From a virus: 64,000 nt of DNA. The stretch's first letter is position 1. Each line of letters opens with the position of its first letter. A program made the position numbers and the translations under genes. A model generated the notes under the pieces. The model made no database searches. It saw only the letters and a program-made list of their open reading frames with translations, and was not told where the DNA came from. The stretch spans positions 32,001-96,000 of the IMG/VR virus record IMGVR_UViG_3300048919_000048; one strand, 5' to 3'. Below are positions 18,641-28,375 of this stretch, in pieces.

Positions 18641-18913
18641 ATGGGCAAGAAAAAACGTATCATGAGTCCGGGACTTAGGAAACAACTCGACGGGTCTGTT
18701 CGCAAGGGTCGCCGTGAGACTCTCTGGAGAATGGCTATGAAGCACAATGGTGTGGTAAACTGCTACGTCTGTGGGAAGCCGATCACCAAGGAGAGTTACG
18801 CCACTCTCGAACACATCCTTCCGGTGTCCAAGGGTGGGACTGATGATATGAGCAATCTTGCCCTTTCTCATGAAAAATGCAACCAAGCACGAGGTAACAA
18901 TGAAACAAATTAA
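18641..18913 (+). CDS. HNH endonuclease
   Basis: CYVC...ATLEHILPVSKGG.DD..NL...HEKCN. Confidence 0.9.
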   Translation: MGKKKRIMSPGLRKQLDGSVRKGRRETLWRMAMKHNGVVNCYVCGKPITKESYATLEHILPVSKGGTDDMSNLALSHEKCNQARGNNETN

Positions 18914-20108
18914 ACTCAGCTTCACAGAAGACTACGTGGGCCACTGGTCCTGGTGGCAGGGTGCCCGTGAACTGATGCAAAACGCCATCGACACGAAGGA
19001 CTATGACATCCAGTTCGACTATGATGCCGGGACGATGAAAATCGTCTCCCGTGGCGGCGCTATCGCAACTAAGGCTCTGCTTTTGGGTGCCACTACCAAA
19101 CGTAACGACTCCAGCACCATCGGTAAGTTTGGTGAGGGTATGAAGCTGGGCTTTCTGGTTCTTCTTCGTGAAGGTGCCAAAGTTGCAATGGAGAATGGCA
19201 AGGACCTGTGGGTCCCTGAGATAGTCCATGATGAGGCTATGGATGCCAACGTCTTGGCTGTCAATATCTGCGAGGGAAATCTCTCCGATCGAGATCCAAA
19301 CACCGTGACGATCAAGATCCAAGGTATCCCTCGTGATGCTATGGACGAGATTATGGACAACTACGCCCCGACAACCGAGCGAGAGATCGTGATCGAGAAC
19401 TCCCGTGGCAAGGCGTACAAAAAGATTTGGCAGGAAGGTGCCAATCAGGAAGAGGATGAAGATGGCAACGCCATCGGCGGCGACTGCAACCTCTTCGTCA
19501 ACGGCCTGTTCGTCACCCGGGTCCGTGGCAATTTCAAGTTCGACTATGACTTTAAGCCGGAGGCTTTTGTCCTTGATCGTGACCGTGATTCTGCCAACCT
19601 GTACGAAGTGAAGTACGAGGCAAACCGCCTGCTGTCAGAAAGCGACGATATCGACCTTCTGGCGCGTTTAGCGCTTGAGGAGTACGATGACCTTGCCTTG
19701 TTCTCAGAACGCCGGGAAAAGGCCACTGGTGGCGTCTGGTGGGGTGGTTCTTCCCGTGGTCAGTCAGAGCAGGAAGTTTTGGCAGCAACGGCTGTCTCTA
19801 TGTTCACCAACAAGTATGGGTCGGATGCCTTCCCAATCGACGATACCTGGACGGATGGCAAGAAGCGTGTTGTCACTCAGATGGCGATCGGCAAGGGGTA
19901 TGTCCCGGTGACCGTCAAGCCTGCGGTTTACAAGATGGTCCAGAAGAAGTTTGAGGTTGACAAGGCTGTTGAGAACGTGTTGACGTTCAAACCTCTGGAG
20001 TTCCTTGAGGGCTTCTTAGAACGCCATAATCGCCGACTCGTAGCGAAACCACGCCGTGAGTTGGAGAAAACTATTCAAATGCTGCGTATTGCGGCAGGTA
20101 AGGAGTAG
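18900..20108 (+). CDS. GHKL (HATPase/Hsp90-like) ATPase-domain protein
   Basis: RELMQNAID (N-box), LLLGATTK, IGKFGEGMKLG (G2 box). Confidence 0.85.
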   Translation: MKQIKLSFTEDYVGHWSWWQGARELMQNAIDTKDYDIQFDYDAGTMKIVSRGGAIATKALLLGATTKRNDSSTIGKFGEGMKLGFLVLLREGAKVAMENGKDLWVPEIVHDEAMDANVLAVNICEGNLSDRDPNTVTIKIQGIPRDAMDEIMDNYAPTTEREIVIENSRGKAYKKIWQEGANQEEDEDGNAIGGDCNLFVNGLFVTRVRGNFKFDYDFKPEAFVLDRDRDSANLYEVKYEANRLLSESDDIDLLARLALEEYDDLALFSERREKATGGVWWGGSSRGQSEQEVLAATAVSMFTNKYGSDAFPIDDTWTDGKKRVVTQMAIGKGYVPVTVKPAVYKMVQKKFEVDKAVENVLTFKPLEFLEGFLERHNRRLVAKPRRELEKTIQMLRIAAGKE

Positions 20109-20110
20109 AA

Positions 20111-20389
20111 ATGATCGGTTATCGTATCAGCATAGGGCCTTGCGGCCCTTATGAGCATACCTTCAAGCCGAGTCACCCGCTGTTTGATCTCACTGACGAA
20201 TGGGATCTCGAAATTGCTGCGGAAGAAGCCTGTGCCGATTTCCGTGATAATCACGACGGCTGGGAGACTTGGAACCGGGGAGATGCTTCTCTTGAACTGT
20301 TCAACCCGGAGAACGGCGAGACGGTTTTAAAATGTAAAGTAGCCTTGTGCTTCGAGCCAAGCTACGAGGTATGGGGAGTCGAGAAATGA
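20111..20389 (+). CDS. Acidic hypothetical protein
   Basis: AAGGAG RBS; AEEACAD...HDGWE.W. Confidence 0.8.
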   Translation: MIGYRISIGPCGPYEHTFKPSHPLFDLTDEWDLEIAAEEACADFRDNHDGWETWNRGDASLELFNPENGETVLKCKVALCFEPSYEVWGVEK

Positions 20390-20760
20390 GCGGTATGCGT
20401 TTAACCGTTGGCATTATTGCCAAGCTGGAGAAGTCTTTTGGTGACTACAACCAGTCTGAGCACATCGATCTGAACGAGCACTTGGAGAACATCGGGTCCA
20501 AACTGCGTCTGACTTATGGCGGGGACATGATCGTCTTCATCGAGAAGGATAAGCGGACTGATTACGAAGGCTGCGGCTTGATGCTCCTCGATAATGACCT
20601 GATGGCAGACTTCTGGCAAGAACTGGCAACTGCCAATCTGTTTGTGGTAGAGGGTACGCCAAAGGTGTTCGTTGATTACTGGTATGACGGGGCCGACCCG
20701 GGCCATATCGACATCACCCTGGCGGAAGCAGGTTACGAAGAGGAGTGGAAGGATGAATGA
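20386..20760 (+). CDS. Hypothetical protein
   Basis: GGGGAG RBS; WYDGADP. Confidence 0.8.
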   Translation: MSGMRLTVGIIAKLEKSFGDYNQSEHIDLNEHLENIGSKLRLTYGGDMIVFIEKDKRTDYEGCGLMLLDNDLMADFWQELATANLFVVEGTPKVFVDYWYDGADPGHIDITLAEAGYEEEWKDE

Positions 20761-20965
20761 GTTTGTTGGACGTAAAGTTCGTGTCATTAAAGACACCAGT
20801 GAAGACTCACCTTTGGCTGACAACGGGTGGAAGATCGGTGATGTGGGCATCATCCAGATGGTCCTGACCGATCACCCTGAGTACAACATCATCGTACAGC
20901 GTGGTGAAGACTCTCACGACACCTTGGGCTTCTCTATTGAAGAACTGGAGTTGCTCGATGCCTGA
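20753..20965 (+). CDS. Small SH3/KOW-like protein
   Basis: FVGRKVRV...IGDVGII...EELELL. Confidence 0.75.
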   Translation: MNEFVGRKVRVIKDTSEDSPLADNGWKIGDVGIIQMVLTDHPEYNIIVQRGEDSHDTLGFSIEELELLDA

Positions 20966-21050
20966 TTGGTTTGGATTGGCATTCTTGGGGGCCGTCGGCC
21001 TCCTGTGCCTTGTCTTGTACGTCTTAGGGGTGAGGAAGCAAGATGAATGA
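20958..21050 (+). CDS. 30-aa single-TM peptide (not in ORF track)
   Basis: GGAG RBS; MPDWFGLAFLGAVGLLCLVLYVLGVRKQDE fills gap. Confidence 0.55.
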   Translation: MPDWFGLAFLGAVGLLCLVLYVLGVRKQDE

Positions 21051-21261
21051 TTATCGCGGAACGCCCTTGAAAGAGGGTGACAAGGTGGCTATCTATTGGG
21101 GATATAATTCTCTGGAGACTGCGATTATCCACAATATCCAAGGCAATGCAGCGAAGGTAAGGGTTCAAATCAAACACTGTCCTCGTGGGGCCGAACCTTA
21201 TATCGAGGAGGTCCTCAGCAAATGGAAGAGTGGTGACTGCATGGTCAAGCTGGAGTCGTGA
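21043..21261 (+). CDS. Small SH3-like protein
   Basis: GAGGA RBS; NDYRGTPLKEGDKVA. Confidence 0.75.
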   Translation: MNDYRGTPLKEGDKVAIYWGYNSLETAIIHNIQGNAAKVRVQIKHCPRGAEPYIEEVLSKWKSGDCMVKLES

Positions 21262-21458
21262 TGGGGAAATACGTCAAGGTGCTTTGCCTGCGGTCATCCC
21301 CCGGCTACCAAGAGGGTTCAACCTATGAAGCAGAACCCCATGATCCACCTGCGGGGGTAGGGTATTACGGAGTTATAAGCCATGATCGTAGCAGGTGTTC
21401 TTTTTACCTGCTTGGGAAAGACCCTGATTTTGTGATCGACCCAGAGCAAGATGGTTGA
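21261..21458 (+). CDS. Hypothetical protein
   Basis: GGAG RBS; TGATG coupling. Confidence 0.65.
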   Translation: MGKYVKVLCLRSSPGYQEGSTYEAEPHDPPAGVGYYGVISHDRSRCSFYLLGKDPDFVIDPEQDG

Positions 21459-21483
21459 TCTTTACGAGGCATTGGGATATCCT
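21455..21483 (+). promoter_or_regulatory. Possible sigma70 promoter for DNA polymerase
   Basis: TTGATC-17 bp-TATCCT. Confidence 0.45.
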
Positions 21484-21512
21484 GAGTGGAGGTATGCCAA
21501 AAAGGAGAGAGT

Positions 21513-24149
21513 ATGAAAGGGCTGTTTTTAGGAGATGCGGAAGCCAACGGTCTGCTTGATGAAGTGGACCAGCTTCACGTAATCTTGTTCAAGGAGTATA
21601 AGGTCGATAACTGGAATATCTTCCTTGACCCCAACCGGGAAGGGTACGATCAGGCATTGAAGTTCATTAATTCGAAGGGGTACAATTTCAAAATCCGTAC
21701 CTTTGACGAGTTGAACGACTGGTTTAAGACTGAGCCTCGCTCAATTGCGATCCACAACCTGTTCGGCTACGACCTGCGTCTGTTCAAAAAGATGCTGGGC
21801 ACTCAGTATGATATGTTCGGCGACCCCAAGTGCATGGGCACCCTGAACGGAAAACAGGTGAACCTGTTCGACACTCTGTCAATGTCTCGAACTCTTTACC
21901 CTGACCGCCCGCTGCCACGTGGGTGTCCAGAGATGGTGAAGAACCCGGTGACCGGGAAGATGAAACCTGTCGGCCCTCACGGCCTGGAAGCGTGGGGTAT
22001 GCGTGTTGCCAACCAAAAAGTGGCAATCGAAGACTGGCGTGGCCTGCCACTGTGGAAGTATTGCGATCGTATCATCGAAGACGTCATCATCAACGAAATG
22101 GTGTGGACGGCCCTCATGGAAGAGATCGCTTGTGACGGTAAGTTGGTCGATGATAAGCGCTTCATGTACAAGGATGAAGAGAAGGATAAGGATGCCAAGA
22201 AGTACAAGCTGATCAACTGGAAGAACGCCCTACGTCGTGGTATGCTCACTGACTACCTGATGATCGAGCAGGAGATCCAAGGCGTAACCTTTGATGAAGA
22301 GGCCGCTCTTAAACTCCGTGACCGCATTGATACGATGATGCGTGACATCGAGGGCGACGTTGAACCACACCTCCCGAAGAAGGAGATGGCTAAGTCGGCG
22401 CAGCCTACGTTCCCATCCAAACCTTTCAAGGGTGACGGGTCTCTGTCCGGGACCGGGTGGAAGTGGCTGGAGAAACTCGGCTACAATATCAACTGGGAGG
22501 CCCTCGACTTCAAGGGTCCCCCGGCGAAGGCGTTTAAGGCCGACGGTAGCCTGACCGCAGCAGCGATCAAATACTGTAACGAACACGGCATTGAAGATGA
22601 GTCAGTTATGGCCCAGTTCATCCGTGATCAGAACGATAAGCAAACAACCTTGATCCCACTGTCCCCAGAGGACATGGCCCGTGCAATGCTGGACCTGAAG
22701 AACCAGACAATGCCGGACATCATGATCCCGATGCGTATCGGTAACCAGGATGACGTTAAGAAATTCCTGATCCGTGATGCGGGGTGGAAGCCAACGCTCT
22801 GGCGTAGCAAGGATGTGACCAAGGATCAGTTCAAGAAGCAGCGCCCGGATAACGAAGTCGATGGCCTCGTCCGTGAGTACATCGAGCAGTTGGACCAGGT
22901 TGAGTACCGTGATCTTATTCTGGACTACCTCGGGATCACCCTGAAGGCATGGCAGGACAAGGAGAAGATGTACAAGCTCTTGCGTCGTAAGGCGCGTGGT
23001 TTGCCTACATCACCGCAGTTGAAAGATATGAGCGGCCTTTGCCCTAACCTGGAGAAGGTTGACGGTCACATGGCGAAGCAGATTGTGAAATGGCTGTCTC
23101 TGCGAAACCGACGTTCTGTACTTGATCCGCTCAAGGAAGATAAGGTTGACACTGGTTGGCTGAACCATCCACGACTGCGTATTGACGGGAAACTTCCGGC
23201 ACGGTATTCTGGTATCACCAACACCGGGCGTCGTAAGCACACGATTGTGGCTAACGTGCCAAAACCAGACGAGAAGGTTCTGCTGGGCAAGGAAATGCGA
23301 GCGCTGTTTAAGGCGTCTGAAGGGAAGTATCAGGTCGGTATTGACGGATCTAACCTTGAGGGCATGATTGCAGCCTGGGGCGCTTATGAGTTCGACGGTG
23401 GTGCGTATCTCCGGATCATGGAGATGGAGGATGCCCACAAACGAAACGCAGAGGCATACACCAAAGCGGCAGGTAAACCAGTTTCTCGTGGTGAAGGTAA
23501 GGGCGTTACATACGGCATCATGTACGGTGCCCAAGCGGCGAAGATCGCCTCTATGCTCGGCATCTCATTGGAGAAGGCCCAAGCGGTAATCGACGCATTC
23601 TGGGATAGCAACATCGGCTTGAAAGGCCGTAAAGAAGCTCTGGAGAAGTTCTGGGAACTGACGGGCAAGCGCTTTATCTATGGCTTAGATGGTCGCAAGA
23701 TCTATACCCGTTCCAAACACTCCTTGCTGAACGCATACCAGCAGAACGGCGGTGCCGCACTGTTCGACTTGGTTGGTATTCTGTTGCACTGGCAGTTGGT
23801 TAAACGTGGCTGGTATGATGAGGGTGTTCGCCGAATCATCTATTACCACGATGAATACCAGCTTGAGGTGCCGCACAAGTTCAAGAAGGTTTGGAGGTTC
23901 ACCGATGAAGCCAAGGCCAAAGCCTTTGTTGAACAATGCCTTGCAAAAGGTCTTGTTCTTGACGGTCACTGCGTGAAGGAAGGGAAGTTTAAATGTGATC
24001 CTGATGAGGACGGCGTGTACAACATCATCCACTGCCCAGTGGGCCAGATGGTGGTCAAGTGCGTAGAACAAGCCGCCAAGATGATGAAGTCTCCAGTCCA
24101 CATCACAGGTGAGTATTTGACTGGTACGAGTTGGGGTGACTGTCACTAA
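21513..24149 (+). CDS. DNA polymerase, family A, with 3'-5' exonuclease (uninterrupted)
   Basis: Exo DAEANG, HNLFGYD, HGLEAWG; Pol TNTGR, IDGSNLE, KGVTYGIMYGA, LLNAYQQ, YHDEYQ; AAGGAG RBS. Confidence 0.95.
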   Translation: MKGLFLGDAEANGLLDEVDQLHVILFKEYKVDNWNIFLDPNREGYDQALKFINSKGYNFKIRTFDELNDWFKTEPRSIAIHNLFGYDLRLFKKMLGTQYDMFGDPKCMGTLNGKQVNLFDTLSMSRTLYPDRPLPRGCPEMVKNPVTGKMKPVGPHGLEAWGMRVANQKVAIEDWRGLPLWKYCDRIIEDVIINEMVWTALMEEIACDGKLVDDKRFMYKDEEKDKDAKKYKLINWKNALRRGMLTDYLMIEQEIQGVTFDEEAALKLRDRIDTMMRDIEGDVEPHLPKKEMAKSAQPTFPSKPFKGDGSLSGTGWKWLEKLGYNINWEALDFKGPPAKAFKADGSLTAAAIKYCNEHGIEDESVMAQFIRDQNDKQTTLIPLSPEDMARAMLDLKNQTMPDIMIPMRIGNQDDVKKFLIRDAGWKPTLWRSKDVTKDQFKKQRPDNEVDGLVREYIEQLDQVEYRDLILDYLGITLKAWQDKEKMYKLLRRKARGLPTSPQLKDMSGLCPNLEKVDGHMAKQIVKWLSLRNRRSVLDPLKEDKVDTGWLNHPRLRIDGKLPARYSGITNTGRRKHTIVANVPKPDEKVLLGKEMRALFKASEGKYQVGIDGSNLEGMIAAWGAYEFDGGAYLRIMEMEDAHKRNAEAYTKAAGKPVSRGEGKGVTYGIMYGAQAAKIASMLGISLEKAQAVIDAFWDSNIGLKGRKEALEKFWELTGKRFIYGLDGRKIYTRSKHSLLNAYQQNGGAALFDLVGILLHWQLVKRGWYDEGVRRIIYYHDEYQLEVPHKFKKVWRFTDEAKAKAFVEQCLAKGLVLDGHCVKEGKFKCDPDEDGVYNIIHCPVGQMVVKCVEQAAKMMKSPVHITGEYLTGTSWGDCH

Positions 24150-24169
24150 TAGCTATTTAAGGCTATTCG

Positions 24170-24178
24170 TGATAAAAT
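24170..24178 (+). promoter_or_regulatory. Putative late-promoter motif TGATAAAAT
   Basis: Matches TGnTAAAAT(A) motif upstream of structural genes. Confidence 0.45.
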
Positions 24179-24189
24179 TCTTACATTCC

Positions 24190-24212
24190 GGGGACTTCGG
24201 TCCCCATTTTAC
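24190..24212 (+). terminator. Hairpin (polymerase terminator or 5' stem-loop of next gene)
   Basis: GGGGAC-TTCG-GTCCCC ATTTT. Confidence 0.65.
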
Positions 24213-24226
24213 TATTTGGGTGACTT

Positions 24227-24940
24227 ATGCTTGAAGATATGTTGATGATCTATAAATCGACAACGCCCCCTGTCGATGCCACAGTGAATCCCGGACCTCA
24301 TGCCGGGACACTTCTTTCCAGTTATGACTTTCAAACACTAACCACCCTCCCGACTTTCAGGACCTCTCAATCTGTTGTTGGTGTTGGGGCGGGTAACTCA
24401 TACACTACTCCAACGTCCGGTCTCTTGGCTGACAAATTGGAGAGGGGAGGTCTGACATTTGTCCGTCAAGATGCTTCCAGTACCGGGGCGGCGGGAGGGG
24501 TGTTTTATTTCCCGGGGGAGATCCCTAACCAGTGTGTTGTCACTCTCGCGGTGGCTCTTAATATTGACGGAGCGCCGGAGTCGGCTGTTGCAAACAACAA
24601 CGCACACTTGGGTATCCATTTCGGGTCAGCAACTCAGACGAACAGGATCGGCGGGCGTTGGATTGTCTCCAAGCGCCAGATCGCCCAGACTGTCCAGACC
24701 TTGGCTACCGATGGGACCAACACTTTCACCCCGGTAACTTCTTCAGGGATCATCAAGATTCGTATAGAGAAGACCAGTTCCAACGTGAAGGTGTATGTTA
24801 ACGATACTCTTATCGTCACCGGGCCAAGTGTGAACAGCATTTACACGGCCTTCGGCTTGTGGTTCGGTCAAAACTCAGAGACGGGCCTTGTGGTACAGAA
24901 AGGTCTTGTGTACAACACAAATGTTTACTCCTACGTATAA
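24227..24940 (+). CDS. Beta-sandwich (ConA/LamG-like) protein, probably virion-associated
   Basis: T/G/S/V-rich beta composition; IKIRIEKTSSNVKVYVNDTLI strand pattern; stand-alone cassette. Confidence 0.7.
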   Translation: MLEDMLMIYKSTTPPVDATVNPGPHAGTLLSSYDFQTLTTLPTFRTSQSVVGVGAGNSYTTPTSGLLADKLERGGLTFVRQDASSTGAAGGVFYFPGEIPNQCVVTLAVALNIDGAPESAVANNNAHLGIHFGSATQTNRIGGRWIVSKRQIAQTVQTLATDGTNTFTPVTSSGIIKIRIEKTSSNVKVYVNDTLIVTGPSVNSIYTAFGLWFGQNSETGLVVQKGLVYNTNVYSYV

Positions 24941-24964
24941 ACCGCCTTCGGGCGGTTTTTTATT
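24938..24964 (+). terminator. Rho-independent terminator
   Basis: AAACCGCC-TTCG-GGCGGTTTTTT. Confidence 0.9.
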
Positions 24965-24979
24965 ATCTGAAGAAAAGTG

Positions 24980-25007
24980 TTGACGTGCAGAATCAATCTG
25001 GTAGTAT
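24980..25007 (+). promoter_or_regulatory. Sigma70-type early promoter
   Basis: A-rich UP region; TTGACG-16 bp-(TG)gTAGTAT. Confidence 0.75.
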
Positions 25008-25034
25008 TCCTCCATCGAAACAAAGGAGGTCATC

Positions 25035-25229
25035 ATGACCGAGAAGAAGATTGTGAAGTTCACGGTTGAGATTGAGTGCTACGAGGAGACTATCAAATCT
25101 GCCGTGACTCAGTATCAACTGAGGCAGATGATGGGGGAAGGTTTCAACGAAGCCACCCCACAGGAGAGGCTGGGACTCCAAGTTGCCAGGTGCTACATGG
25201 CGGGGTTAACCACCCCGGCGGAGGGCTGA
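25035..25229 (+). CDS. Hypothetical protein
   Basis: AAGGAGGT RBS. Confidence 0.8.
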   Translation: MTEKKIVKFTVEIECYEETIKSAVTQYQLRQMMGEGFNEATPQERLGLQVARCYMAGLTTPAEG

Positions 25230-25432
25230 TGATAAAGTTCAAAGATCTTCCTGAGGGGGCTGTGTTTCGACTTCATGAAGAGTTCAGCAAAGGAATAAAC
25301 CGACAATACTACAAGTATTATTTCAACAAAGACTTTAATGCAGAAGTCTTCGGAATACACACCCGTGTTAAGATTGACCGTGAAGCATTGATATCTGATG
25401 ACGGATTTGCAGGAAGGAGAACGAGGTCATGA
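25229..25432 (+). CDS. Hypothetical protein
   Basis: GGAGGG RBS; IKFKDLPEGAVF. Confidence 0.7.
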   Translation: MIKFKDLPEGAVFRLHEEFSKGINRQYYKYYFNKDFNAEVFGIHTRVKIDREALISDDGFAGRRTRS

Positions 25433-25596
25433 AAACCCGTGACAACAAATCATTTGACACACTGGAAGAAATAATGCAATATCTTGGTGACCCGGAACGA
25501 GTCGGAAAAGACAACACTTGGGTAGCAAAGAACTATTCGCTGGCACAACTTATCAAAGACCTTCAGAAGGTAAAGGAGAAAGATAATGAATCCTGA
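25429..25596 (+). CDS. Hypothetical protein (55 aa, not in ORF track)
   Basis: GAGG RBS; ATGA overlap. Confidence 0.6.
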   Translation: MKTRDNKSFDTLEEIMQYLGDPERVGKDNTWVAKNYSLAQLIKDLQKVKEKDNES

Positions 25597-25870
25597 TGCA
25601 CTTAACCCAACGGTCGCGGCTATTGTTGGCTACGATATTTTCCCGTATTATGCCGTAACAAAAGGGGAGTTGACCAATACGGGAGGAATCCGGGCTGTTG
25701 GTGTCGGTATTTACTCTGCTGATTCGGTCATCCGTATTTTCCCGGAGGGGGAGTATGAGAGTCTTGAAAACCAGCGAGCAGCCATTAAAAATATTTACCG
25801 TGAAAAAGAACGTCAATTACGTATTGACATCCTTGAGCAAGTTGGTGTAGACTTCGTAACAGTTAAGTAA
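25586..25870 (+). CDS. Hypothetical protein
   Basis: AAGGAG RBS. Confidence 0.8.
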   Translation: MNPDALNPTVAAIVGYDIFPYYAVTKGELTNTGGIRAVGVGIYSADSVIRIFPEGEYESLENQRAAIKNIYREKERQLRIDILEQVGVDFVTVK

Positions 25871-25901
25871 GCAACCCATTTCATTCACTGAGGAGATTCA
25901 A

Positions 25902-27914
25902 ATGAGCAATAACTATCATGATTTCGTAGTGGCACTTCAGAAGCAACTGACCAAAATGGCTAAAACTGGCCTGTTCGAAGTCACCCTGGATAAAGACCAA
26001 GTTTGGAACCACTATCTGGATTCCTTCCCTGCGGGCACCAACAACCTGTTCCGTGAGCGTCGTGAGTACGACTGTAACTGCTGCAAACAGTTCATCCGTG
26101 ATGTAGGTCGTGTCGTGACCTTCGTCAACGGCAAGCGTGTGACCATCTGGGACATCAAGGTGCCGGGTTATTACCAGACCGTTGTTGACGCGCTGGCGGC
26201 GCTGATCAATACGGCCCCGGTTGGAGACCAGTTCCTGCACTTCCAAGCGAAGGTTGGCACTGCCCAAAGCAACGTGCTGGAAGACGGGAAAGTTGTGACC
26301 TATAACCACTTCCACGCCGTTCTGCCGCAGGAAGTTGTGAAGCCAAACGCTACCATCGCCTCCACCTTGAGCGAGAGCCGCAGCAACGTGCAGGTGTTTG
26401 AACGCAGCCTGAAAGAACTGTCTCTGGATGCAGCGGAGACCATTCTTGAACTGAACGCACAGGGTTCCCTGTACCGTGGCAACGAGCAGATCGGCTCTGT
26501 TACTCTCTTCATTGAAATGAAGAACAAGTACGACGCGATGCCGGATGACCAGAAAGAAGGCTTCGTGTGGACTCAAGGTCTGAAGCTGGGCCATCGTGGC
26601 AAGTTCCGTAACTCTGCGATCGGTACTCTGCTGGAAGACCTGTCCGGCGGTATGGACATCGAATCTGCGGTTAAGCGCTGGGAAAAAGTTATGGCTCCGG
26701 CAAACTACAAGCGCCCAACCGCGCTGGTTACCGAAGCGATGATCAAAAAGGCACAGGAAACCGTGCAGGAAATGGGCCTGATGGACTCCCTCCCGCGCCG
26801 CTATGCTGTGCTGGAAGATCTGACAGTGAACAACGTGCTGTTTGCTGACCGTAATACCAAAAAGGCCGCTGATGTGTTTGGTGACCTACTGAGGGGTGCG
26901 AAGAAGCCAGTGAAAGGCCCGGAGAAGGTCGAAGAGATCTCCATCGCCAAGTTCATCAAAGATGTTCTGCCGACGGCAACAAGCATCGAGGCGTTGGTAG
27001 AAAACCGCCACACTGGCAACCTGGTATCTCTGGTGGCCCCGGTATATCCTGACGCACCAAACATGCTGAAGTGGGACAACAACTTCTCTTGGTCTTACAA
27101 CGGGGAAGTGACCGACTCGATCAAAGAGCGTGTGAAAGCGGCGGGCGGTGCGGTTGAGGGCGCTCTGCGTGTATCTCTGGCATGGCATAACCCAGACGAC
27201 TTGGACCTGCACATGCGTACCCCAAGCGGTGCTCATATCCACTACGCTCGCTATGCCCGTCGTGCATCAGGTGGTGAGTTGGATCTGGACATGAACGGCA
27301 TGGATCGCTCAGATGAGCACAACCCGGTCGAAAACATCATCTTCCGAAATGAGCGTCAGATCGAAGAGGGCATCTATAAGGTGTGGGTAAACCAGTTCAA
27401 CCAGCGTTCTCATGACCGTGTGGGGTTCACTGTCCAACTGGACTACAAAGGCGAGCAGTACGACTTCAACCACCCTCGTGAGCTTCGTACCGACGCAGAT
27501 GTGGACGTGGTGACTTTCCGCTACACCCGTAAGGATGGCGTACAGATCATCGACTCCATGCCTCACACCAAGCAGTCTAAAGAGGTTTGGGGTATTGCCA
27601 CCGAGCAGTTCCAGAAGGTGTCTGTGGTGATGAACTCACCTAACCACTGGGACGGTCAGGAAAATGGCAATAAGCACTACTTCTTCATGCTGGAAGGTGC
27701 TAAACAGCCGGGCACTACTCGCGGTTTCTACAACGAGTATCTGCGTAACGAACTGAACGAGCACCGTAAAGTGTTCGAGCATCTGGCAGGTAAGATGAAG
27801 GTTCCAGCCTCTGACGACCAACTGTCAGGTCTGGGCTTCTCCGACACCCAGCGTAACGAACTGACGGTGAAAGTGACTGGTGCGTTCACCCGCACACTGA
27901 AAGTGATTTTCTGA
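25902..27914 (+). CDS. Large phage protein of unknown function (CxCC motif; YfaP-like domain)
   Basis: ACTGAGGAG RBS; 670 aa; YDCNCCKQFI; LRVSLAW...DLDLH...LDLDMN...VENI; high-expression codon usage. Confidence 0.85.
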   Translation: MSNNYHDFVVALQKQLTKMAKTGLFEVTLDKDQVWNHYLDSFPAGTNNLFRERREYDCNCCKQFIRDVGRVVTFVNGKRVTIWDIKVPGYYQTVVDALAALINTAPVGDQFLHFQAKVGTAQSNVLEDGKVVTYNHFHAVLPQEVVKPNATIASTLSESRSNVQVFERSLKELSLDAAETILELNAQGSLYRGNEQIGSVTLFIEMKNKYDAMPDDQKEGFVWTQGLKLGHRGKFRNSAIGTLLEDLSGGMDIESAVKRWEKVMAPANYKRPTALVTEAMIKKAQETVQEMGLMDSLPRRYAVLEDLTVNNVLFADRNTKKAADVFGDLLRGAKKPVKGPEKVEEISIAKFIKDVLPTATSIEALVENRHTGNLVSLVAPVYPDAPNMLKWDNNFSWSYNGEVTDSIKERVKAAGGAVEGALRVSLAWHNPDDLDLHMRTPSGAHIHYARYARRASGGELDLDMNGMDRSDEHNPVENIIFRNERQIEEGIYKVWVNQFNQRSHDRVGFTVQLDYKGEQYDFNHPRELRTDADVDVVTFRYTRKDGVQIIDSMPHTKQSKEVWGIATEQFQKVSVVMNSPNHWDGQENGNKHYFFMLEGAKQPGTTRGFYNEYLRNELNEHRKVFEHLAGKMKVPASDDQLSGLGFSDTQRNELTVKVTGAFTRTLKVIF

Positions 27915-27944
27915 TTGACAACCGGGGCCGAAAGGCCCCATAAT
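27915..27944 (+). promoter_or_regulatory. Promoter whose spacer is a GC hairpin
   Basis: TTGACA-18 bp containing GGGGCC-GAAA-GGCCCC-CATAAT. Confidence 0.55.
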
Positions 27945-27976
27945 GAACCCGAACTTAATTACTGAGGAGAAATACA

Positions 27977-28375
27977 ATGTCTACCAACATCTTTGAAATC
28001 GCAGCACGTTCAAAAATCCGTTTCGCTTCTCCACGCTTCGCATCACTGGCTACTGAAGACCTGTTCGATCTGTCTCTGACCCAACTGGACGAAGTGGCGA
28101 AAGGCATCAACCGCCAGATCAATGCGGAGAAGGAAGAGTCCTTCCTGTCTCAGAACAAAAACGCTGTGCGTAAAGATCTGGAACTGAAGCTGGACATCGT
28201 TAAGCACGTGATCGGCGTGAAAGAAACCGAAGCGGCAGAGCGCGTGGCGGCACAAACCAAAGCGGCACAGCGCCAGAAACTCATCAACGCCCTGGCGGAA
28301 GCCGAGCAGCGTGAGGTTCAGTCTAAGACCCCGGAAGAGCTTCGCGCTGAACTGGCGGCACTGGACGCTGAATAA
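27977..28375 (+). CDS. Coiled-coil phage protein, partner of preceding gene
   Basis: ACTGAGGAG RBS; NIFE.A.R.K.RF...EDLFDL.L..LD. Confidence 0.85.
   Translation: MSTNIFEIAARSKIRFASPRFASLATEDLFDLSLTQLDEVAKGINRQINAEKEESFLSQNKNAVRKDLELKLDIVKHVIGVKETEAAERVAAQTKAAQRQKLINALAEAEQREVQSKTPEELRAELAALDAE

Noticed and set aside
21513-24149. Intron or intein in the DNA polymerase
   Set aside because: Single continuous ORF; no intein C/S...HN ends or embedded homing nuclease seen.
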